This document shows, in pieces, positions 61,968-64,000 of a DNA stretch of 64,000 nt. The notes beneath the pieces were generated by a model that was given only the letters and a program-made list of their open reading frames with translations, was not told the DNA's origin and made no database searches. The position numbers were made by a program, and so were the translations under genes. The stretch lies in the NCBI GenBank assembly GCA_029288775.1, contig JARIGQ010000004.1, positions 3,303 to 67,302 of the forward strand. The letters run 5' to 3'. Each line of letters opens with the position of its first letter. Positions within the stretch are counted from its first letter, which is position 1. Origin of the DNA: Candidatus Nomurabacteria bacterium (lineage in GTDB: Bacteria; Patescibacteriota; Minisyncoccia; Phycocordibacterales; UBA5272).

Positions 61968-62645
61968 ATGAAATACGCCACTCTACGTGCTAAAGCGACT
62001 CTGAGCGCACTTTTGCTACTTGGTATAGTCACAGCACACGCTTATGCGCTTGATACTGGCGTGTATCTTGACGCTTCTGCATCCGCAGCATCTGTTCAAG
62101 ATATCGACACTTCGCTCGATCTTAAGGCAGATACTATAACGCATGTGGAAGGAGCGTATCAATTAGAAGCACAAGAGAAGAGTAGTACAACGCAGCCAGA
62201 GACCACCACTTCATCTCCGCAAAGTACTCCTTGGGAAAAAGCATGGCTATATGGGGACGCCGATACCGCAACAAGTGCGTCACCATTTCTTTTCCTCAAG
62301 CATCTCTTTGCAGTGCTTACTTTTAATGTCGATTTTGGTACTGAGGAAGCTTCAAGTACTCAAGGGATACTTCAATCTCTTGTGGTACGTGATGTAGGTT
62401 CAGATAAAGCCACAATCGATTGGTCTCCGACAGTTTTAGAGGACGCAACGGTGTATTATGGCACCACGACTTCTCTAGCAATGGCGGAGGCAGCGGTTCA
62501 TGAGCCTTCTTGGAAATTCTGGAAGCGAAGCCAGATTACTCTTGAAGGACTGACTCCTAACACAACGTATCTTTTCAAAGTAGTAGGAAGCACGGGTACT
62601 GGCACTACAACCGCCGCATCCAGCTTTACTACTTTGCCTCATTAG
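61968..62645 (+). CDS. Secreted protein with a C-terminal fibronectin-III-like domain
   Basis: Signal peptide ending AHA-YA; ATIDW...VYYGTT...LEGLTPNTTYLFKV. Confidence 0.75.
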   Translation: MKYATLRAKATLSALLLLGIVTAHAYALDTGVYLDASASAASVQDIDTSLDLKADTITHVEGAYQLEAQEKSSTTQPETTTSSPQSTPWEKAWLYGDADTATSASPFLFLKHLFAVLTFNVDFGTEEASSTQGILQSLVVRDVGSDKATIDWSPTVLEDATVYYGTTTSLAMAEAAVHEPSWKFWKRSQITLEGLTPNTTYLFKVVGSTGTGTTTAASSFTTLPH

Positions 62646-62672
62646 GGCTTCTAATCTACTTACTTAATTACT

Positions 62673-63404
62673 ATGACAACAAACGTACTTACTATCGCGA
62701 ATGGCTATCTTCGCAAGAATCTCGGCCACATCGTCACGTTCATTACATCAGCATTCATTGTGCTTGCTGTGACGCTCGGCTTTACTCAACTAGCCTCTGC
62801 ACAAATGGTTCCTATTGTTGGGCAAGCGGGACCGGGTGCATCTGGAGCAAATGTTACTTCTATTCAAAGCTATCTTGCCACTACTCAGTTCTATCCTGAG
62901 AAGTTGGTGACCGGCTATTATGGTCCTCTTACGCAAGCAGCCGTAGAGCGTTTCCAGGCTTACTACGGTATTGTAAGCTCAGGATCACCTTCAGCCACAG
63001 GCTATGGGCGAGTGGGTCCTTCTACGCTTGCTAAGATGAATATTCTTATTTCCGGTGGAGTTTCTTCCGGGGCCGATACATCAGCTCCTTATATTAGTGG
63101 AGTAGTGGTTTCCCCGGGTTCAACAAGTGCAACCGTATCATGGAATACGAATGAACTTGCAACCGGTCGTGTGTATTACAACACAACACCGCTTACTTTC
63201 AACGAAGGGGACATTAATTCGGTCGGCTTCTCGGTAACCAATGGTCAGAGCGCAAGCTTCGATACGACAACTCGTCTCGTCCATGGGGCGACAGTTACCG
63301 GTCTTAGTCCCAATACAACGTACTACTACCTTATCGTGGCAACCGATCCTTCAGGAAACGTAAGTATTTCTCTTCCAGGAGCTACGTTCCGCACAGGAAT
63401 GTAA
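62673..63404 (+). CDS. Secreted peptidoglycan-binding plus FN3-like protein
   Basis: V..IQ.YL...VTGYYGPLTQAAVERFQ..YGI...G.VGPST.A; SATVSWNTNE...GLSPNTTYYY. Confidence 0.85.
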   Translation: MTTNVLTIANGYLRKNLGHIVTFITSAFIVLAVTLGFTQLASAQMVPIVGQAGPGASGANVTSIQSYLATTQFYPEKLVTGYYGPLTQAAVERFQAYYGIVSSGSPSATGYGRVGPSTLAKMNILISGGVSSGADTSAPYISGVVVSPGSTSATVSWNTNELATGRVYYNTTPLTFNEGDINSVGFSVTNGQSASFDTTTRLVHGATVTGLSPNTTYYYLIVATDPSGNVSISLPGATFRTGM

Positions 63405-63433
63405 TCCACCGCTGGGTAACATATACAGAAAGC

Positions 63434-63462
63434 GAACTACCGGAATAGTGTTCCGGTAGTTC
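63434..63462. terminator. Hairpin after the 62673 gene
   Basis: GAACTACCGGAA-tagtg-TTCCGGTAGTTC. Confidence 0.55.
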
Positions 63463-63527
63463 CATATTTGAGGGTACCCTCACCACCGTTCCGGTGGTAT
63501 ACTATCCGTATAATTGAAATATAAAAT

Positions 63528-63893
63528 ATGCATATCATCATCACCGGTGTTCATATGGAAATGACGGACGCGATTAGAAAGTATGCAATGGATAAAATGC
63601 AGATGCTCCAGAAGTATGTCGCCAAGGACGACACGAGCGGAAAATTGACCGTTGAGCTTTCAAAAACCACTAATCACCATGCCCATGGAGCAGTTTTCCA
63701 AGCAGAAGGAATACTTCATATTCGTGGGAAGGAAACGACAGTGCAAACAACCCAAGATGATCTCTATAAAGCAATTGATATTCTGAAAGATATGCTCGTT
63801 CGCGAGTTGGCACAACATAAGGATAAGGAGCGCTCCATTTTCCGAAGAAGTGCCCACAAAGTAAAATCCCTTTTTAAAAGATTAACTGATTGA
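63528..63893 (+). CDS. hpf: Ribosome hibernation factor HPF/RaiA
   Basis: IIITG.HMEMTDAIRKYA..K...L.KY...DLYKAID. Confidence 0.88.
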   Translation: MHIIITGVHMEMTDAIRKYAMDKMQMLQKYVAKDDTSGKLTVELSKTTNHHAHGAVFQAEGILHIRGKETTVQTTQDDLYKAIDILKDMLVRELAQHKDKERSIFRRSAHKVKSLFKRLTD

Positions 63894-63897
63894 ACCC

Positions 63898-64000
63898 ATG
63901 GATCACGACACAAAAACAACGTTTACCGTTATAATTATTCTCATCGTCGCTTTAGCGGGAACTGCTTTTTTCTTACGAGGAGCTCCTCCGCAAAAGCAAG
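63898..64000 (+). CDS. Partial ORF with an N-terminal TM segment (runs off the window)
   Basis: MDHDTKTTFTVIIILIVALAGTAFFLRG... Confidence 0.55.
   Translation, partial: MDHDTKTTFTVIIILIVALAGTAFFLRGAPPQKQ

Overview
Chromosomal segment of a small-genome bacterium. Gene content and style (orphan secG/solute-binding protein/rnj block, NusB-NUDIX fusion, Gmad2 and LamG surface proteins, truncated UvrC and MutY, few Shine-Dalgarno sites) suggest Patescibacteria/Parcubacteria (CPR); this is inference. Housekeeping genes (uvrC, nrdAB, mutY, rnj, secG, dnaE, rnhB, rpmF, nusB, rnc, tlyA, ABC-F, hpf, tRNA-Asn) surround a 23.5-kb gene for a ~7,830-aa modular surface fibre protein and a triple-LamG protein. 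Three non-obvious signals stand out. (1) A family of degenerate ~9-bp CAGTA/TACTG repeat arrays forms long imperfect palindromes, with full arrays seen only between 42.3 and 49.2 kb. One copy encloses a four-helix-bundle (23S-IVP/Avd-like) gene directly after RNase III, and another has been captured in-frame in the giant protein's C-terminus. (2) A conserved ECF-type promoter, GTAAnn-N15/16-CGTC, lies upstream of seven stress/envelope genes near an ECF sigma factor. (3) About ten genes show a -10 box only 6-8 nt before the ATG (leaderless mRNAs). A compact PMI-GH130-GH130x2-PMM mannoside operon is also present. All calls come from reading the sequence; no database search or folding was run.
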